DNA of 64,000 nucleotides from Escherichia coli (GCF_024223415.1 NZ_CP100500.1), one strand, 5' to 3'. Numbered from the stretch's first letter, positions 15,631 through 28,428 are shown. The notes: a model not told the origin generated them from the sequence alone. Translations and numbers: made by a program.

Positions 15631-15760
15631 AAATTAATGAAACAAACAGAGTGTTTCATTTTTGTGTTCTGCAAGCCCCGCGATAGCCAGAGTGTACCAC
15701 GCCTCCCGTGAACAACGCCGCGCTGTCCAGGGCATCGGCTCTTTTCAGAGGAATTGTTTG

Positions 15761-16042
15761 ATGGCTACCCTCACCACTGGCATGGTTCTTCTTCGCTGGC
15801 AACTTCTTAGTGCCGTAATGATGTTTCTGGCCAGCACGCTCAACATCCGTTTTCGTCGGTCTGATTATGTCGGGCTTGCAGTGATCAGCAGCGGTCTGGG
15901 CGTGGTTTCCGCCTGCTGGTTCGCGATGGGGTTGCTTGGCATCACAATGGCGGATATCACCGCCATCTGGCACAACATCGAGTCGGTGATGATAGAAGAG
16001 ATGAATCAGACACCGCCACAATGGCCAATGATTTTGACCTGA
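15761..16042 (+). CDS. yjcB: Small inner-membrane protein YjcB
   Basis: 93-aa hydrophobic ORF (MATLTTGMVLLRWQLL...) inside the longer track ORF 15662..16042. Confidence 0.8.
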   Translation: MATLTTGMVLLRWQLLSAVMMFLASTLNIRFRRSDYVGLAVISSGLGVVSACWFAMGLLGITMADITAIWHNIESVMIEEMNQTPPQWPMILT

Positions 16043-16312
16043 TTTCACTTTCTTGACTTTTATCCCTTCACAAGCGGTCGATGAATAGCTTCCTCGGCCG
16101 CCCTATCATCACATATCGCACTTTCTTTTAATCAACGCTTGAAGGTGTTGTACGCTTAGCATCTTCACTATCTTCGCCACCTCCTTGCTGAATTTTATAC
16201 AAATGAGCAATTTTTGATAGTTCAAAAATATGAGTAAGGCTAGGATAAAAAGAAATAAATTGCACTACCTAACGACACCGTAATATTTTCAATAATTATC
16301 AAGGAGAAGATC

Positions 16313-16789
16313 GTGCCGATAATATTTAGTCCAAATACATTAAAAATGGAACAATATCATGGCGACAGGGTTAAAATGGAGAAATACAATTCAAATCCAT
16401 TTCAATTCAATGCAGTTTATTATACAAATATTGATGATTTTAAAAACCTCTTAAAGGACCTTATTAATACCATGACGAATGGGAAAGTCGAGTTTAATTC
16501 TGAGCAATTATCTAAACTCATGGCAGAAATAACCTCTTTCGAGTCCAATCTTGATGGAACCCCCAAAGATATAAATTTTATCTCTCAAAATGAACATCTA
16601 CGCCAAACTGTATCCATCAGACAAGATGGGCTATGCACGAAAATAACACTCATTGTAGAAGAAACCCATTTTGATATAGACCATGGCGATATCTTACATG
16701 GAAAAAAATGGAGTGAAACAAGAGTGCTGCCTGAAGAATTAAACATGGCTATTGTTGTTGAAAACCTTAGAAACTTACCACACAGTTAA
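16313..16789 (+). CDS. Hypothetical protein, A+T-rich orphan ORF (158 codons, GTG start)
   Basis: ORF preceded by a strong RBS AAGGAG 6 nt upstream of GTG 16313; composition much more A+T-rich than flanking yjcB and ssb; no motif I recognise. Confidence 0.55.
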   Translation: MPIIFSPNTLKMEQYHGDRVKMEKYNSNPFQFNAVYYTNIDDFKNLLKDLINTMTNGKVEFNSEQLSKLMAEITSFESNLDGTPKDINFISQNEHLRQTVSIRQDGLCTKITLIVEETHFDIDHGDILHGKKWSETRVLPEELNMAIVVENLRNLPHS

Positions 16790-16990
16790 ACAAAGTTGAG
16801 CAACATGAAATAGAGAGATTATAGAAGATATAAACCGGTACAAATTGCAAAATCAGATATTTTGTAAAATCCGGTATAATAAATTAATGAGAGGAACAAT
16901 CCTTGACTATTTCAGGAGCCGAAATTCATTTTCGACTCCTGGACGCATATGTTTCGCGTTGAGAGATCTCAACACAAAAGATGCAGATTC

Positions 16991-17527
16991 TTAGAACGGA
17001 ATATCGTCATCAAAGTCCATCGGCGGCTCGTTAGACGGCGCTGCCGGAGCGGACTGCTGCGGGCGAGACTGCGCGCCGCCGCTGAACTGATTGCCACCCT
17101 GCGGCTGCTGAGGCTGACCCCAACCGCCCTGCGGCTGACCACCACCGATATTGCCACCTGCAGGAGCGCCACCACCCTGACGACCACCCAGCATCTGCAT
17201 AGTGCCGCCAACGTTCACCACAACTTCTGTGGTGTAGCGATCCTGACCAGATTGATCGGTCCATTTACGGGTACGCAGCTGACCTTCGATATAAACCTGA
17301 GAACCTTTACGCAGATATTCGCTGGCCACTTCTGCCAGTTTGCCGAACAGCACAACGCGGTGCCATTCAGTCTGCTCTTTCATCTCGCCGGTCGCTTTAT
17401 CACGCCAGGATTCGGAAGTAGCCAGCGTAATGTTGGCAACTGCGCCACCATTTGGCATGTAGCGTACTTCCGGGTCCTGACCCAGATTACCAACGAGAAT
17501 AACCTTGTTTACGCCTCTGCTGGCCAT
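16991..17527 (-). CDS. ssb: Single-stranded DNA-binding protein
   Basis: 178-aa ORF with OB-fold N-terminus, Gly/Gln-rich linker and acidic tail DFDDDIPF. Confidence 0.98.
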   Translation of the reverse strand: MASRGVNKVILVGNLGQDPEVRYMPNGGAVANITLATSESWRDKATGEMKEQTEWHRVVLFGKLAEVASEYLRKGSQVYIEGQLRTRKWTDQSGQDRYTTEVVVNVGGTMQMLGGRQGGGAPAGGNIGGGQPQGGWGQPQQPQGGNQFSGGAQSRPQQSAPAAPSNEPPMDFDDDIPF

Positions 17528-17680
17528 GTTCGTGTCTCCTGAAAAAAAATCGTTCTGAATAAGTGTAAACGCGCGATTGTACCATTACCAATAGCGCTTT
17601 TACTATGTTGTGACCTCGGTTCCGGGAAACAAACCTGGCCAGACATTGTTACACAACACTCCGGGTAATGCATTCCAATA

Positions 17681-17696
17681 CTGTATATTCATTCAG
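17681..17696. promoter_or_regulatory. LexA (SOS) box shared by divergent ssb/uvrA promoters (CTGTATATTCATTCAG)
   Basis: CTGT-N8-ACAG-type SOS box in the ssb-uvrA intergenic region. Confidence 0.8.
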
Positions 17697-17781
17697 GTCA
17701 ATTTGTGTCATAATTAACCGTTTGTGATCGCCGGTAGCACCATGCCACCGGGCAAAAAAGCGTTTAATCCGGGAAAGGTGA

Positions 17782-20604
17782 ATGGATAAGATCGAAGTTC
17801 GGGGCGCCCGCACCCATAATCTCAAAAACATCAACCTCGTTATCCCCCGCGACAAGCTCATTGTCGTGACCGGGCTTTCGGGTTCTGGCAAATCCTCGCT
17901 CGCTTTCGACACCTTATATGCCGAAGGGCAGCGCCGTTACGTTGAATCCCTTTCCGCCTACGCGCGGCAGTTTCTGTCACTGATGGAAAAGCCGGACGTC
18001 GATCATATTGAGGGGCTTTCTCCTGCCATCTCAATTGAGCAGAAATCGACGTCTCATAACCCGCGTTCTACGGTGGGGACAATCACCGAAATCCACGACT
18101 ATTTGCGTTTGTTGTTCGCCCGCGTCGGCGAACCGCGCTGTCCGGACCACGACGTCCCGCTGGCGGCGCAAACCGTCAGCCAGATGGTGGATAACGTGCT
18201 GTCGCAGCCGGAAGGCAAGCGTCTGATGCTGCTCGCGCCAATCATTAAAGAGCGCAAAGGCGAACACACCAAAACGCTGGAGAACCTGGCAAGCCAGGGT
18301 TACATCCGTGCTCGTATTGATGGCGAAGTCTGCGATCTTTCCGATCCGCCGAAACTGGAACTGCAAAAGAAACACACTATTGAAGTGGTGGTTGATCGCT
18401 TCAAGGTGCGTGACGATCTTACCCAACGTCTGGCCGAGTCGTTTGAAACCGCGCTGGAGCTTTCCGGTGGTACCGCGGTAGTGGCGGATATGGACGACCC
18501 GAAAGCGGAAGAGCTGCTGTTTTCCGCCAACTTCGCCTGCCCAATTTGCGGCTACAGTATGCGTGAACTGGAGCCGCGACTGTTTTCGTTTAACAACCCG
18601 GCAGGGGCCTGCCCGACCTGTGACGGCCTCGGCGTACAGCAATATTTCGATCCTGACCGCGTGATCCAAAACCCGGAACTGTCGCTGGCAGGTGGTGCGA
18701 TCCGTGGCTGGGATCGCCGCAACTTCTATTATTTCCAGATGCTGAAATCGCTGGCAGATCACTATAAGTTCGACGTCGAAGCGCCGTGGGGCAGCTTGAG
18801 CGCGAACGTGCATAAAGTGGTGTTGTACGGTTCTGGCAAAGAAAACATTGAATTCAAATACATGAACGATCGTGGCGATACCTCCATCCGTCGTCATCCG
18901 TTCGAAGGCGTGCTGCACAATATGGAGCGCCGTTATAAAGAGACAGAATCCAGTGCGGTACGTGAAGAATTAGCCAAGTTTATCAGCAATCGCCCGTGCG
19001 CCAGCTGCGAAGGAACGCGTCTGCGTCGGGAAGCGCGCCACGTGTATGTCGAGAATACGCCGCTGCCCGCTATCTCCGACATGAGCATCGGTCATGCGAT
19101 GGAATTCTTCAACAATCTCAAACTCGCAGGTCAGCGGGCGAAGATTGCGGAAAAAATTCTTAAAGAGATCGGCGATCGTTTGAAATTCCTCGTTAACGTC
19201 GGCCTGAATTACCTGACACTTTCCCGCTCGGCAGAAACGCTTTCCGGCGGTGAAGCCCAGCGTATCCGTCTGGCGAGCCAGATTGGTGCGGGCCTGGTTG
19301 GCGTTATGTATGTACTGGACGAGCCGTCTATCGGCCTGCACCAGCGCGATAACGAGCGCCTGTTGGGTACGCTTATCCATCTGCGCGATCTCGGTAATAC
19401 CGTGATTGTGGTGGAGCACGACGAAGACGCGATTCGCGCCGCAGACCATGTGATCGACATTGGCCCGGGCGCAGGTGTTCACGGCGGTGAAGTGGTCGCA
19501 GAAGGTCCGCTGGAAGCGATTATGGCGGTGCCGGAGTCGTTGACCGGGCAGTACATGAGCGGTAAACGCAAGATTGAAGTGCCGAAGAAACGCGTTCCGG
19601 CGAATCCGGAAAAAGTGCTGAAGCTGACAGGCGCACGCGGTAATAACCTGAAAGACGTGACGCTGACGCTGCCAGTCGGTCTGTTTACCTGCATCACAGG
19701 GGTTTCAGGTTCCGGTAAATCGACGCTGATTAACGACACACTGTTCCCGATTGCCCAACGCCAGTTGAATGGGGCGACCATCGCCGAACCAGCACCGTAT
19801 CGCGATATTCAGGGGCTGGAGCATTTCGATAAAGTGATCGATATCGACCAAAGCCCAATTGGTCGTACTCCGCGTTCTAACCCGGCGACCTATACCGGCG
19901 TGTTTACACCTGTGCGCGAACTGTTTGCGGGCGTACCGGAATCCCGTGCTCGTGGTTATACGCCAGGACGTTTCAGCTTTAACGTCCGTGGCGGACGCTG
20001 CGAGGCCTGTCAGGGCGATGGCGTGATCAAAGTGGAGATGCACTTCCTGCCGGACATTTACGTGCCGTGCGACCAGTGCAAAGGTAAACGCTATAACCGT
20101 GAAACGCTGGAGATTAAGTACAAAGGCAAAACCATCCACGAAGTGCTGGATATGACCATCGAAGAGGCGCGTGAGTTCTTTGATGCGGTGCCAGCTCTGG
20201 CGCGTAAGCTGCAAACGTTGATGGACGTTGGCCTGACGTACATTCGCCTGGGGCAGTCCGCAACCACACTTTCTGGTGGTGAAGCCCAGCGCGTGAAGCT
20301 GGCGCGTGAGCTGTCAAAACGCGGCACCGGGCAGACACTGTATATTCTCGACGAGCCGACCACCGGTCTGCACTTCGCCGATATTCAGCAACTGCTCGAC
20401 GTACTGCATAAACTGCGCGATCAGGGCAACACCATTGTGGTGATTGAGCACAATCTCGACGTGATCAAAACCGCTGACTGGATTGTCGACCTGGGACCAG
20501 AAGGCGGCAGTGGCGGCGGCGAAATCCTCGTCTCCGGTACGCCAGAAACCGTCGCGGAGTGCGAAGCTTCGCATACGGCACGCTTCCTCAAGCCGATGCT
20601 GTAA
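17782..20604 (+). CDS. uvrA: Excinuclease ABC subunit A
   Basis: 940-aa ORF with two ABC ATPase modules ([18 protein letters not shown]) and zinc-finger Cys clusters. Confidence 0.98.
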   Translation: MDKIEVRGARTHNLKNINLVIPRDKLIVVTGLSGSGKSSLAFDTLYAEGQRRYVESLSAYARQFLSLMEKPDVDHIEGLSPAISIEQKSTSHNPRSTVGTITEIHDYLRLLFARVGEPRCPDHDVPLAAQTVSQMVDNVLSQPEGKRLMLLAPIIKERKGEHTKTLENLASQGYIRARIDGEVCDLSDPPKLELQKKHTIEVVVDRFKVRDDLTQRLAESFETALELSGGTAVVADMDDPKAEELLFSANFACPICGYSMRELEPRLFSFNNPAGACPTCDGLGVQQYFDPDRVIQNPELSLAGGAIRGWDRRNFYYFQMLKSLADHYKFDVEAPWGSLSANVHKVVLYGSGKENIEFKYMNDRGDTSIRRHPFEGVLHNMERRYKETESSAVREELAKFISNRPCASCEGTRLRREARHVYVENTPLPAISDMSIGHAMEFFNNLKLAGQRAKIAEKILKEIGDRLKFLVNVGLNYLTLSRSAETLSGGEAQRIRLASQIGAGLVGVMYVLDEPSIGLHQRDNERLLGTLIHLRDLGNTVIVVEHDEDAIRAADHVIDIGPGAGVHGGEVVAEGPLEAIMAVPESLTGQYMSGKRKIEVPKKRVPANPEKVLKLTGARGNNLKDVTLTLPVGLFTCITGVSGSGKSTLINDTLFPIAQRQLNGATIAEPAPYRDIQGLEHFDKVIDIDQSPIGRTPRSNPATYTGVFTPVRELFAGVPESRARGYTPGRFSFNVRGGRCEACQGDGVIKVEMHFLPDIYVPCDQCKGKRYNRETLEIKYKGKTIHEVLDMTIEEAREFFDAVPALARKLQTLMDVGLTYIRLGQSATTLSGGEAQRVKLARELSKRGTGQTLYILDEPTTGLHFADIQQLLDVLHKLRDQGNTIVVIEHNLDVIKTADWIVDLGPEGGSGGGEILVSGTPETVAECEASHTARFLKPML

Positions 20605-20610
20605 TCGTTA

Positions 20611-20636
20611 AGGCCGCTTTCCGAGCGGCCTTTTCC
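20611..20636. terminator. Bidirectional rho-independent terminator between convergent uvrA and yjbR
   Basis: Hairpin AGGCCGCT-TTCCG-AGCGGCCT followed by TTTTCC. Confidence 0.7.
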
Positions 20637-20638
20637 TT

Positions 20639-20995
20639 TCAGAGTTGCACCAGCAATTTACGTTTTTCTTCCGGCAGTAAATTCTCCGCCTGCTGATAAG
20701 ACGCATCCACCAGATAATAGATTTGCGAATCCGGCAGCGAACCATCGAGATACACGGTGCTCCAGTGCGCTTTATTCAGATGGCGGCTTGGACGCACATC
20801 GCTGTGCTGCTGACGTAGCAGCTCCGCCAGCTCCGGGCTGGTTTTCAGCGAAACAGCTGGGCGATTTTCTACTTCTTTCACCATCGCAAACAGTACATCT
20901 TCCACTTTGATCTGCGTCGCTTTCCAGTCGTTATGCACGCTCTGTTCTGCGCCTGGTTTTGCCATGCAATATTGTAGCAACTCCGAAATGGTCAT
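20639..20995 (-). CDS. yjbR: YjbR/MmcQ-family protein
   Basis: 118-aa ORF recognised as YjbR. Confidence 0.85.
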   Translation of the reverse strand: MTISELLQYCMAKPGAEQSVHNDWKATQIKVEDVLFAMVKEVENRPAVSLKTSPELAELLRQQHSDVRPSRHLNKAHWSTVYLDGSLPDSQIYYLVDASYQQAENLLPEEKRKLLVQL

Positions 20996-20998
20996 TTT

Positions 20999-21415
20999 TT
21001 ACTCCCCTTGTAGTGTCGCGATGATGCGACGCGATCCGCCGTGGATGCGATGTTCCCCCAGCCAAATGCCTTGCCAGGTGCCGGTCTGAATACGCCCTTT
21101 ATGCACCGGCAATACAAGCGATGTTCCCAGCATTGAGGATTTGATATGAGAAGGCATATCGTCTGCTCCCTCATAGTCATGCTCATAGTTTCCATTATCG
21201 GGAACGGTGCGGAGGAAAAAACGCTCCATGTCGTGGCGTACGGTGGGATCGCAGTTCTCATTAAGTGTCAGAGAGGCGGAGGTATGTTGCAGCAACAGAT
21301 GCAGTAAGCCGATGTTAACGCGCGGCATATCAGCCAGCTGATTCAGAATTTCATCCGTTACCAGATGAAACCCACGAGATTTGGCGCTAAGCGTGAGCGT
21401 CTTTTGATACCACAT
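20999..21415 (-). CDS. yjbQ: YjbQ (UPF0047) family protein
   Basis: 138-aa ORF recognised as YjbQ. Confidence 0.85.
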
Positions 21416-21525
21416 GTGCTGCTCCTTGATAAAACTCTCTTAATCAGTTTGCAGCAAGACAGCGAAAGGATAAAGGTGTGATTAAAAAAACAGCATTCGG
21501 GAGAGTGTCACGCTCTCCCGCTCTG

Positions 21526-22443
<918 letters not shown>

Positions 22444-22616
22444 TTAATTTTACGTTTATTATGATGAATCCTCTGCAAATGAGCGAAATTTGATAGAACA
22501 TTTATCTGCTGTACGATTTAATGAACTTAATGATACAGCATTACAAAAACAATCGAAGTTTATAAAATAACATTTTTATAAAGATGATTTCTGATTGACC
22601 AGAACCCTACCATACA

Positions 22617-23141
22617 ATGGTGACTAATTTTATTACTCTCGAAGGAGATGATGACATGAATATATCATATGTGAATAGCAACAAAACGACATCTTTACCT
22701 GTAGAGCTAGATACACTAAATAACAAAGATATCTCTTATGCCAAAGATTTCTTTTTATATATAGAAATACAGTTAAAAATTGCAAAAGATTTTTGTAGAC
22801 CTGGAGAAGAAGTATCAAGTTCTATTGCAAGTACAGTTTTTCACGCTTTTATTGATTTAGTTAACAAAATCAGGGGAAAGAAAGATTGTATGTATATTTG
22901 TACGCTTTGCTGTTTTGCCGAGGAGGTTAAAGGTGATTATTCTCATTACAGGACCTTTTCATTTGATATCGGTAATCAATATAAGGTTAAACTTACACAA
23001 AGCGGAAAAGATGAGTTCTCTTTAACTTTAGAATTTAACGATACTATAATTGAATCTCAGAAAGTCACAGGCAATAAGGCAAAGCATATTCTTAAGGATA
23101 TAGCAGAATACTATCGTAACAAACCCGGCACTTATTATTAA
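22617..23141 (+). CDS. Hypothetical protein, A+T-rich (yjbS-region ORF); probable start at ATG 22656
   Basis: 174-codon ORF in the A+T-rich aphA-tyrB interval; GGAG RBS precedes the in-frame ATG at 22656; Cys cluster CMYICTLCC; no recognisable domain. Confidence 0.45.
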   Translation: MVTNFITLEGDDDMNISYVNSNKTTSLPVELDTLNNKDISYAKDFFLYIEIQLKIAKDFCRPGEEVSSSIASTVFHAFIDLVNKIRGKKDCMYICTLCCFAEEVKGDYSHYRTFSFDIGNQYKVKLTQSGKDEFSLTLEFNDTIIESQKVTGNKAKHILKDIAEYYRNKPGTYY

Positions 23142-23361
23142 GTTTAATAATGATTAGAAATGCAGAAATTATTACCCCACACAAAAAACAGGGTAAGGAA
23201 TTCCAGATAATTAGGATAATCTTAACAATAAAATAACTAACAACGTTTATTATCTCTCACGTAGAACGATGGTATCAAAAAAATCATCTATAAAGAAAGT
23301 GTGAAAGCGACGACAGTTTAATTTCACTGCAGGCTGGGTAATTCCAGCCTGCTTTACTGCA

Positions 23362-24555
23362 TTACATCACCGCAGCAAACGCCTTTGCCACACGTTGTAC
23401 ATTTGCCGTATTTAACCCGGCGACACACATGCGACCGCTGGCGATGAGATAGACACCAAATTCTTCACGTAGTCGGTCAACCTGAGCGGCACTTAAACCG
23501 GTATAACTGAACATGCCGCGCTGATTAAGCAGATAATCGAAATTGCGTTCTGGCATCTCTGTGCTCAATACCTTCACCAGTTCCTGACGCATTGCCAGAA
23601 TGCGAGTACGCATCTCTTCTACTTCCGCCAGCCAGCTGGCTTTCAATGCCTCGTCATTCAGCACCGCAGCCACCACCTGCGCACCAAAATTCGGCGGGCT
23701 GGAGTAGTTGCGGCGAACTGTTGCTTTCAATTGCCCCAGTACGCGGCCTGCAGCTTCGGCATCTTCACACAGAACAGAAAGTCCGCCAACGCGCTCGCCG
23801 TAAAGGGAGAAAATTTTTGAGAACGAATTGCTCACCAGAGCGGGTAATCCAGCGCTGGCAATGGCGCGAATGGCGTAGGCATCCTCTTCCATACCGGCAC
23901 CAAATCCTTGATAGGCAATATCAAGGAATGGGATAAGCTCGCGGGCTTTGAGAATTTCAATCACCGCATCCCACTGGTCATTAGTGAGATCGGCACCCGT
24001 TGGGTTGTGGCAACATGGATGCAGCAACACAATACTGCGGGCAGGTAATGTTTTCAGCATCGCCAACAGGTCATTAAAGCGCACGCCGTTAGTCGCTTCG
24101 TCATACCAGGGGTAAGTACTTACTTCGAATCCAGCCCCGGCGAATATTGCTACGTGGTTTTCCCAGGTAGGATCGCTGACCCAGACGCCTGATTCCGGAA
24201 AGTAGCGTTTCAGGAAATCCGCGCCCACTTTCAATGCCCCTGAGCCGCCAAGGGTTTGAATGGTTGCTACGCGCTGTTGTTGCAGTACCGGATGGTCGGC
24301 ACCAAACAGCAGCGGCGCAATGGCATGGCGATAGCTGTTAAGCCCTTCCATCGGTAAATAAAGCGAAGCGCCATGAGGCACCGCATTCAGGCGCGCTTCT
24401 GCATCAGCCACGGCTTTCAATTGTGGAATAATTCCATCTTCGTTGTAGTACAGACCGATACTTAAATTCACTTTGTCGCTGCGAGGGTCTTCTTTAAAAC
24501 GCTCCATAAGCGTAAGAATCGGGTCGCCAGCGTAGGCGTCAACTTTTTGAAACAC
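23362..24555 (-). CDS. tyrB: Aromatic-amino-acid aminotransferase TyrB
   Basis: ORF recognised as TyrB ([20 protein letters not shown]...); start taken at the GTG giving 397 aa. Confidence 0.93.
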   Translation of the reverse strand: MFQKVDAYAGDPILTLMERFKEDPRSDKVNLSIGLYYNEDGIIPQLKAVADAEARLNAVPHGASLYLPMEGLNSYRHAIAPLLFGADHPVLQQQRVATIQTLGGSGALKVGADFLKRYFPESGVWVSDPTWENHVAIFAGAGFEVSTYPWYDEATNGVRFNDLLAMLKTLPARSIVLLHPCCHNPTGADLTNDQWDAVIEILKARELIPFLDIAYQGFGAGMEEDAYAIRAIASAGLPALVSNSFSKIFSLYGERVGGLSVLCEDAEAAGRVLGQLKATVRRNYSSPPNFGAQVVAAVLNDEALKASWLAEVEEMRTRILAMRQELVKVLSTEMPERNFDYLLNQRGMFSYTGLSAAQVDRLREEFGVYLIASGRMCVAGLNTANVQRVAKAFAAVM

Positions 24556-24740
24556 GCGATGGTTCTCCAGGTTTACGGGCAGGTGGTTAAAACACAATAA
24601 ACCGGAAGAAGGCGAAGATCGAGTGGATGTTCAGGGGCGAACGGCAATTAGCAACAGAGTGAGACTCATGACAAACGTACATCCGCCAGAGGCACGACCT
24701 TTATAAGAGCATTAAAGAATATCAACTTATTGAATTGGTA

Positions 24741-24790
24741 GGATTTTATTGGCCGGATAAGGCATTCACGCCGCATCCGGCACAGACAAT
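24741..24790. repeat. REP element
   Basis: GGCCGGATAAGGCATTCACGCCGCATCCGGCA matches the REP consensus. Confidence 0.8.
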
Positions 24791-24807
24791 CAAATATTAC
24801 AGAACGA

Positions 24808-25887
24808 TTAATCCACGTATTTCATCGCGACCCTTGAAGTCAGGCGCGTGATAAGTTCGTAAGCGCTCACTTTTGTCATTTCAGCGATACGTTCTACGGG
24901 CAAACCTTCGCCCCATAAAATGACCGGATCCCCGGCTTTGTCCTGCGCCTGTGGACCTAAGTCTACGCAAATCATATCCATCGCCACGCGCCCGACAATC
25001 GGCACTTCGCGACCGTTCACCAGCACTGGCGTACCGGACGGCGCGGCGCGCGGATAACCATCGCCATAGCCCATCGCGACTACGCCAAGGCGGGTATCAC
25101 GTTCGCTTACCCAGGTTCCACCATAACCGACAGGCTCTCCGGCTTTATGCTCACGCACGGCAATCAGGCTGGAGGTTAGTGACATCACTGGCTGACAGCC
25201 AAAATCGGCACCGGTGGAGCGATCTTCCAGCGGAGATACGCCGTAAAGAATGATGCCCGGGCGCACCCAGTCAAAATGCGACTGTGGCCACAGCAGAATG
25301 CCACCCGACGCGGCAATGGAACGTTGACCTGGTTTGCCTTCGCAAAAGGTATTAAAGATAGCGAGTTGTTTCTCGGTTGAGCCACATTTTGGTTCATCCG
25401 CGCGCGCAAAATGGCTGACGATATTCACCGGCTGACGAACGTTTTTGCACTGGGTCAGGCGATGATAAAACGCCTCAGCCTGTTCCGGCCTTACGCCCAG
25501 ACGGTGCATACCGGTATCGAGTTTCATCCAGACGGTAACCGGCTCGTCCAGGCTAGCCTCTTCCAGCGCAGCCAGCTGTTCTTCGTTATGCACGGCGGTA
25601 TGAAAATGTTGCGCAGAAATCGTCGGCAGATCTCTGGCATCAAAAAAGCCTTCGAGTAACAGTACAGGTTTGGTGATTCCCCCCGCACGCAGTCGCAGAG
25701 CTTCTTCGAGACGGGCTACGCCAAAGGCGTCAGCATCGGGGAGCGTTCGCGCGGTCTCAAGAAGACCGTGACCATAAGCGTTCGCTTTCACCACCGCAAC
25801 CATTTTACTGGCAGGTGCCAGTTCACGAAGACGTTGCAGGTTGTGTCGCAGAGCGCGGCGGTTAATCACAACAGTTGCCGCTTGCAT
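24808..25887 (-). CDS. alr: Alanine racemase (biosynthetic)
   Basis: 359-aa ORF with PLP-lysine motif [10 protein letters not shown]. Confidence 0.95.
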   Translation of the reverse strand: MQAATVVINRRALRHNLQRLRELAPASKMVAVVKANAYGHGLLETARTLPDADAFGVARLEEALRLRAGGITKPVLLLEGFFDARDLPTISAQHFHTAVHNEEQLAALEEASLDEPVTVWMKLDTGMHRLGVRPEQAEAFYHRLTQCKNVRQPVNIVSHFARADEPKCGSTEKQLAIFNTFCEGKPGQRSIAASGGILLWPQSHFDWVRPGIILYGVSPLEDRSTGADFGCQPVMSLTSSLIAVREHKAGEPVGYGGTWVSERDTRLGVVAMGYGDGYPRAAPSGTPVLVNGREVPIVGRVAMDMICVDLGPQAQDKAGDPVILWGEGLPVERIAEMTKVSAYELITRLTSRVAMKYVD

Positions 25888-25939
25888 TTGTGTTCCTTGA
25901 TAAGTGTTTGCTTTAATTACCTAATTCATAAAATAATTA

Positions 25940-27355
25940 TTATTCGTCGTCGTACTGCGGCCCCGCATAGTTGTCGAAGCGCGACCATTGACCATTAAAG
26001 GTCAGGCGTACCGTCCCGATTGGGCCGTTACGTTGTTTACCGATAATAATTTCCGCGATGCCTTTTAAATCACTGTTTTCGTGATACACCTCATCACGAT
26101 AGATAAACATGATCAAGTCCGCATCCTGCTCGATAGAGCCAGATTCACGCAGGTCGGAGTTGACCGGGCGTTTGTCGGCACGTTGTTCCAGAGAACGGTT
26201 CAACTGGGACAGCGCCACCACCGGCACGTTCAGTTCTTTCGCCAGTGCTTTCAGCGAGCGGGAGATTTCTGCAATTTCCAGCGTACGGTTATCGGAAAGC
26301 GCCGGTACGCGCATCAGTTGCAGGTAGTCGATCATGATAAGCCCGATGCCGCCGTGTTCACGGGCAATACGGCGTGCGCGGGAACGCACTTCCGTTGGCG
26401 TCAAGCCGGAGGAGTCATCGATATAGATATTGCGTTTTTCGAGCAAAATACCCATGGTGCCGGAAATGCGCGCCCAGTCTTCATCATCGAGCTGCCCGGT
26501 ACGGATTTTAGTCTGGTCAACGCGCGACAGCGACGCCAGAGAACGCATCATAATCTGTTCTGATGGCATCTCCAGCGAGAAGATAAGTACCGGTTTATCC
26601 TGCAACATCGCCGCGTTTTCGACGAGGTTCATCGCAAATGTTGTTTTACCCATCGACGGACGCGCGGCGACGATGATCAAATCCGACGGCTGCAAGCCAG
26701 CGGTTTTTTTGTTGAGATCGTCATAACCGGTGTTTACCCCGGTAACGCCATCGTGTGGCTGCTGAAACAACTGCTCAATACGCGCCACGGTTGCGTCGAG
26801 CACATCGGCGATGTTCTTCGGCCCTTCGTCTTTGTTTGCACGACTTTCGGCAATTTTAAAGACGCGGGATTCAGCCAGGTCCAGCAGATCTTCGCTGGTA
26901 CGCCCCTGCGGATCAAAACCGGCTTCGGCAATCTCATTCGCAACCGAGATCATCTCACGGACAACGGCACGTTCACGCACGATGTCCGCATAGGCACTGA
27001 TGTTCGCCGCACTTGGCGTATTTTTTGACAGCTCTGCCAGATAAGCAAAACCACCGACGCTATCGAGTTGCCCCTGGCGTTCCAGCGATTCCGCAAGGGT
27101 AATCAGATCGATAGGACTACCGCTTTCCTGCAAACGCGCCATTTCAGTAAAGATATGACGGTGTGGGCGGGTGTAAAAATCGTCTGCTACCACACGCTCG
27201 GCTACATCATCCCAGCGTTCGTTATCCAGCATTAAACCGCCCAACACCGACTGCTCCGCTTCGATCGAGTGCGGAGGCACTTTCAGCCCGGCAACTTGTG
27301 GATCGCGTTCGCGGGGTTCAGCCTGCTGTTTGTTGAAGGGTTTATTTCCTGCCAT
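25940..27355 (-). CDS. dnaB: Replicative DNA helicase DnaB
   Basis: 471-aa ORF with Walker A (ARPSMGKTTFA) and DnaB N-terminal domain. Confidence 0.98.
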   Translation of the reverse strand: MAGNKPFNKQQAEPRERDPQVAGLKVPPHSIEAEQSVLGGLMLDNERWDDVAERVVADDFYTRPHRHIFTEMARLQESGSPIDLITLAESLERQGQLDSVGGFAYLAELSKNTPSAANISAYADIVRERAVVREMISVANEIAEAGFDPQGRTSEDLLDLAESRVFKIAESRANKDEGPKNIADVLDATVARIEQLFQQPHDGVTGVNTGYDDLNKKTAGLQPSDLIIVAARPSMGKTTFAMNLVENAAMLQDKPVLIFSLEMPSEQIMMRSLASLSRVDQTKIRTGQLDDEDWARISGTMGILLEKRNIYIDDSSGLTPTEVRSRARRIAREHGGIGLIMIDYLQLMRVPALSDNRTLEIAEISRSLKALAKELNVPVVALSQLNRSLEQRADKRPVNSDLRESGSIEQDADLIMFIYRDEVYHENSDLKGIAEIIIGKQRNGPIGTVRLTFNGQWSRFDNYAGPQYDDE

Positions 27356-27437
27356 AGTGAATGGAGTTACCGAGATAAAGAATGGGTCGAAACTTTACCA
27401 TATGAAGCAGACCCTGACGATACGTTCTGGAGGACAC

Positions 27438-28421
27438 ATGGCAACACGAATTGAATTTCACAAGCACGGTGGCCCGGAAGTACTTCAAGCCGTAGAGTTC
27501 ACTCCTGCCGATCCAGCGGAGAATGAAATCCAGGTCGAAAATAAAGCCATCGGCATCAATTTTATCGACACATATATCCGCAGCGGCCTTTACCCGCCGC
27601 CATCGCTACCCAGCGGATTAGGCACCGAAGCAGCAGGCATCGTGAGTAAAGTCGGCAGTGGTGTAAAGCATATTAAGGCAGGCGATCGTGTAGTCTATGC
27701 GCAGTCGGCGTTAGGCGCTTACAGCTCTGTGCATAACATTATTGCGGATAAAGCGGCGATTCTGCCTGCGGCAATTTCTTTTGAGCAAGCTGCGGCATCC
27801 TTCCTGAAAGGCTTAACGGTTTATTATCTGCTGCGCAAAACCTATGAAATTAAACCCGATGAGCAGTTCCTGTTCCACGCAGCAGCTGGCGGCGTTGGCT
27901 TGATTGCCTGCCAGTGGGCAAAAGCCCTGGGCGCGAAACTTATCGGCACCGTAGGAACCGCGCAAAAAGCGCAGAGCGCGCTAAAAGCGGGCGCGTGGCA
28001 GGTTATTAACTATCGTGAAGAGAATCTGGTCGAGCGGTTAAAAGAGATCACCGGTGGTAAAAAAGTGCGCGTGGTGTACGATTCCGTGGGCAGAGACACC
28101 TGGGAACGGTCGCTGGATTGCCTGCAACGCCGCGGCTTAATGGTGAGTTTTGGCAACTCATCAGGTGCGGTTACCGGTGTGAACTTAGGCATTCTCAATC
28201 AGAAAGGCTCGTTGTATGTGACACGCCCTTCCCTGCAAGGCTATATCACCACGCGGGAGGAATTAACCGAGGCCAGTAATGAACTGTTCTCTTTGATTGC
28301 CAGCGGTGTGATTAAGGTCGATGTCGCCGAGCAGCAGAAATATCCGCTGAAGGATGCGCAGCGTGCGCATGAGATTCTGGAAAGCCGGGCGACGCAAGGT
28401 TCCAGCCTGTTGATTCCATAA
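27438..28421 (+). CDS. qorA: NADPH:quinone oxidoreductase QorA (zeta-crystallin family)
   Basis: MDR-superfamily ORF; start set at MATRIEFHKHGG giving 327 aa. Confidence 0.92.
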   Translation: MATRIEFHKHGGPEVLQAVEFTPADPAENEIQVENKAIGINFIDTYIRSGLYPPPSLPSGLGTEAAGIVSKVGSGVKHIKAGDRVVYAQSALGAYSSVHNIIADKAAILPAAISFEQAAASFLKGLTVYYLLRKTYEIKPDEQFLFHAAAGGVGLIACQWAKALGAKLIGTVGTAQKAQSALKAGAWQVINYREENLVERLKEITGGKKVRVVYDSVGRDTWERSLDCLQRRGLMVSFGNSSGAVTGVNLGILNQKGSLYVTRPSLQGYITTREELTEASNELFSLIASGVIKVDVAEQQKYPLKDAQRAHEILESRATQGSSLLIP

Positions 28422-28428
28422 AAGAAAT

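Noticed and set aside
16958-16973. Inverted repeat GTTGAGA-GA-TCTCAAC just downstream of ssb as a terminator
   Set aside because: Stem is only 7 bp with no adjacent U-run on the ssb strand; kept as unexplained rather than annotated.
18031-18918. 295-codon minus-strand ORF inside uvrA, and similar ORFs at 19705..20214
   Set aside because: Antisense to uvrA; reverse-frame artefacts.
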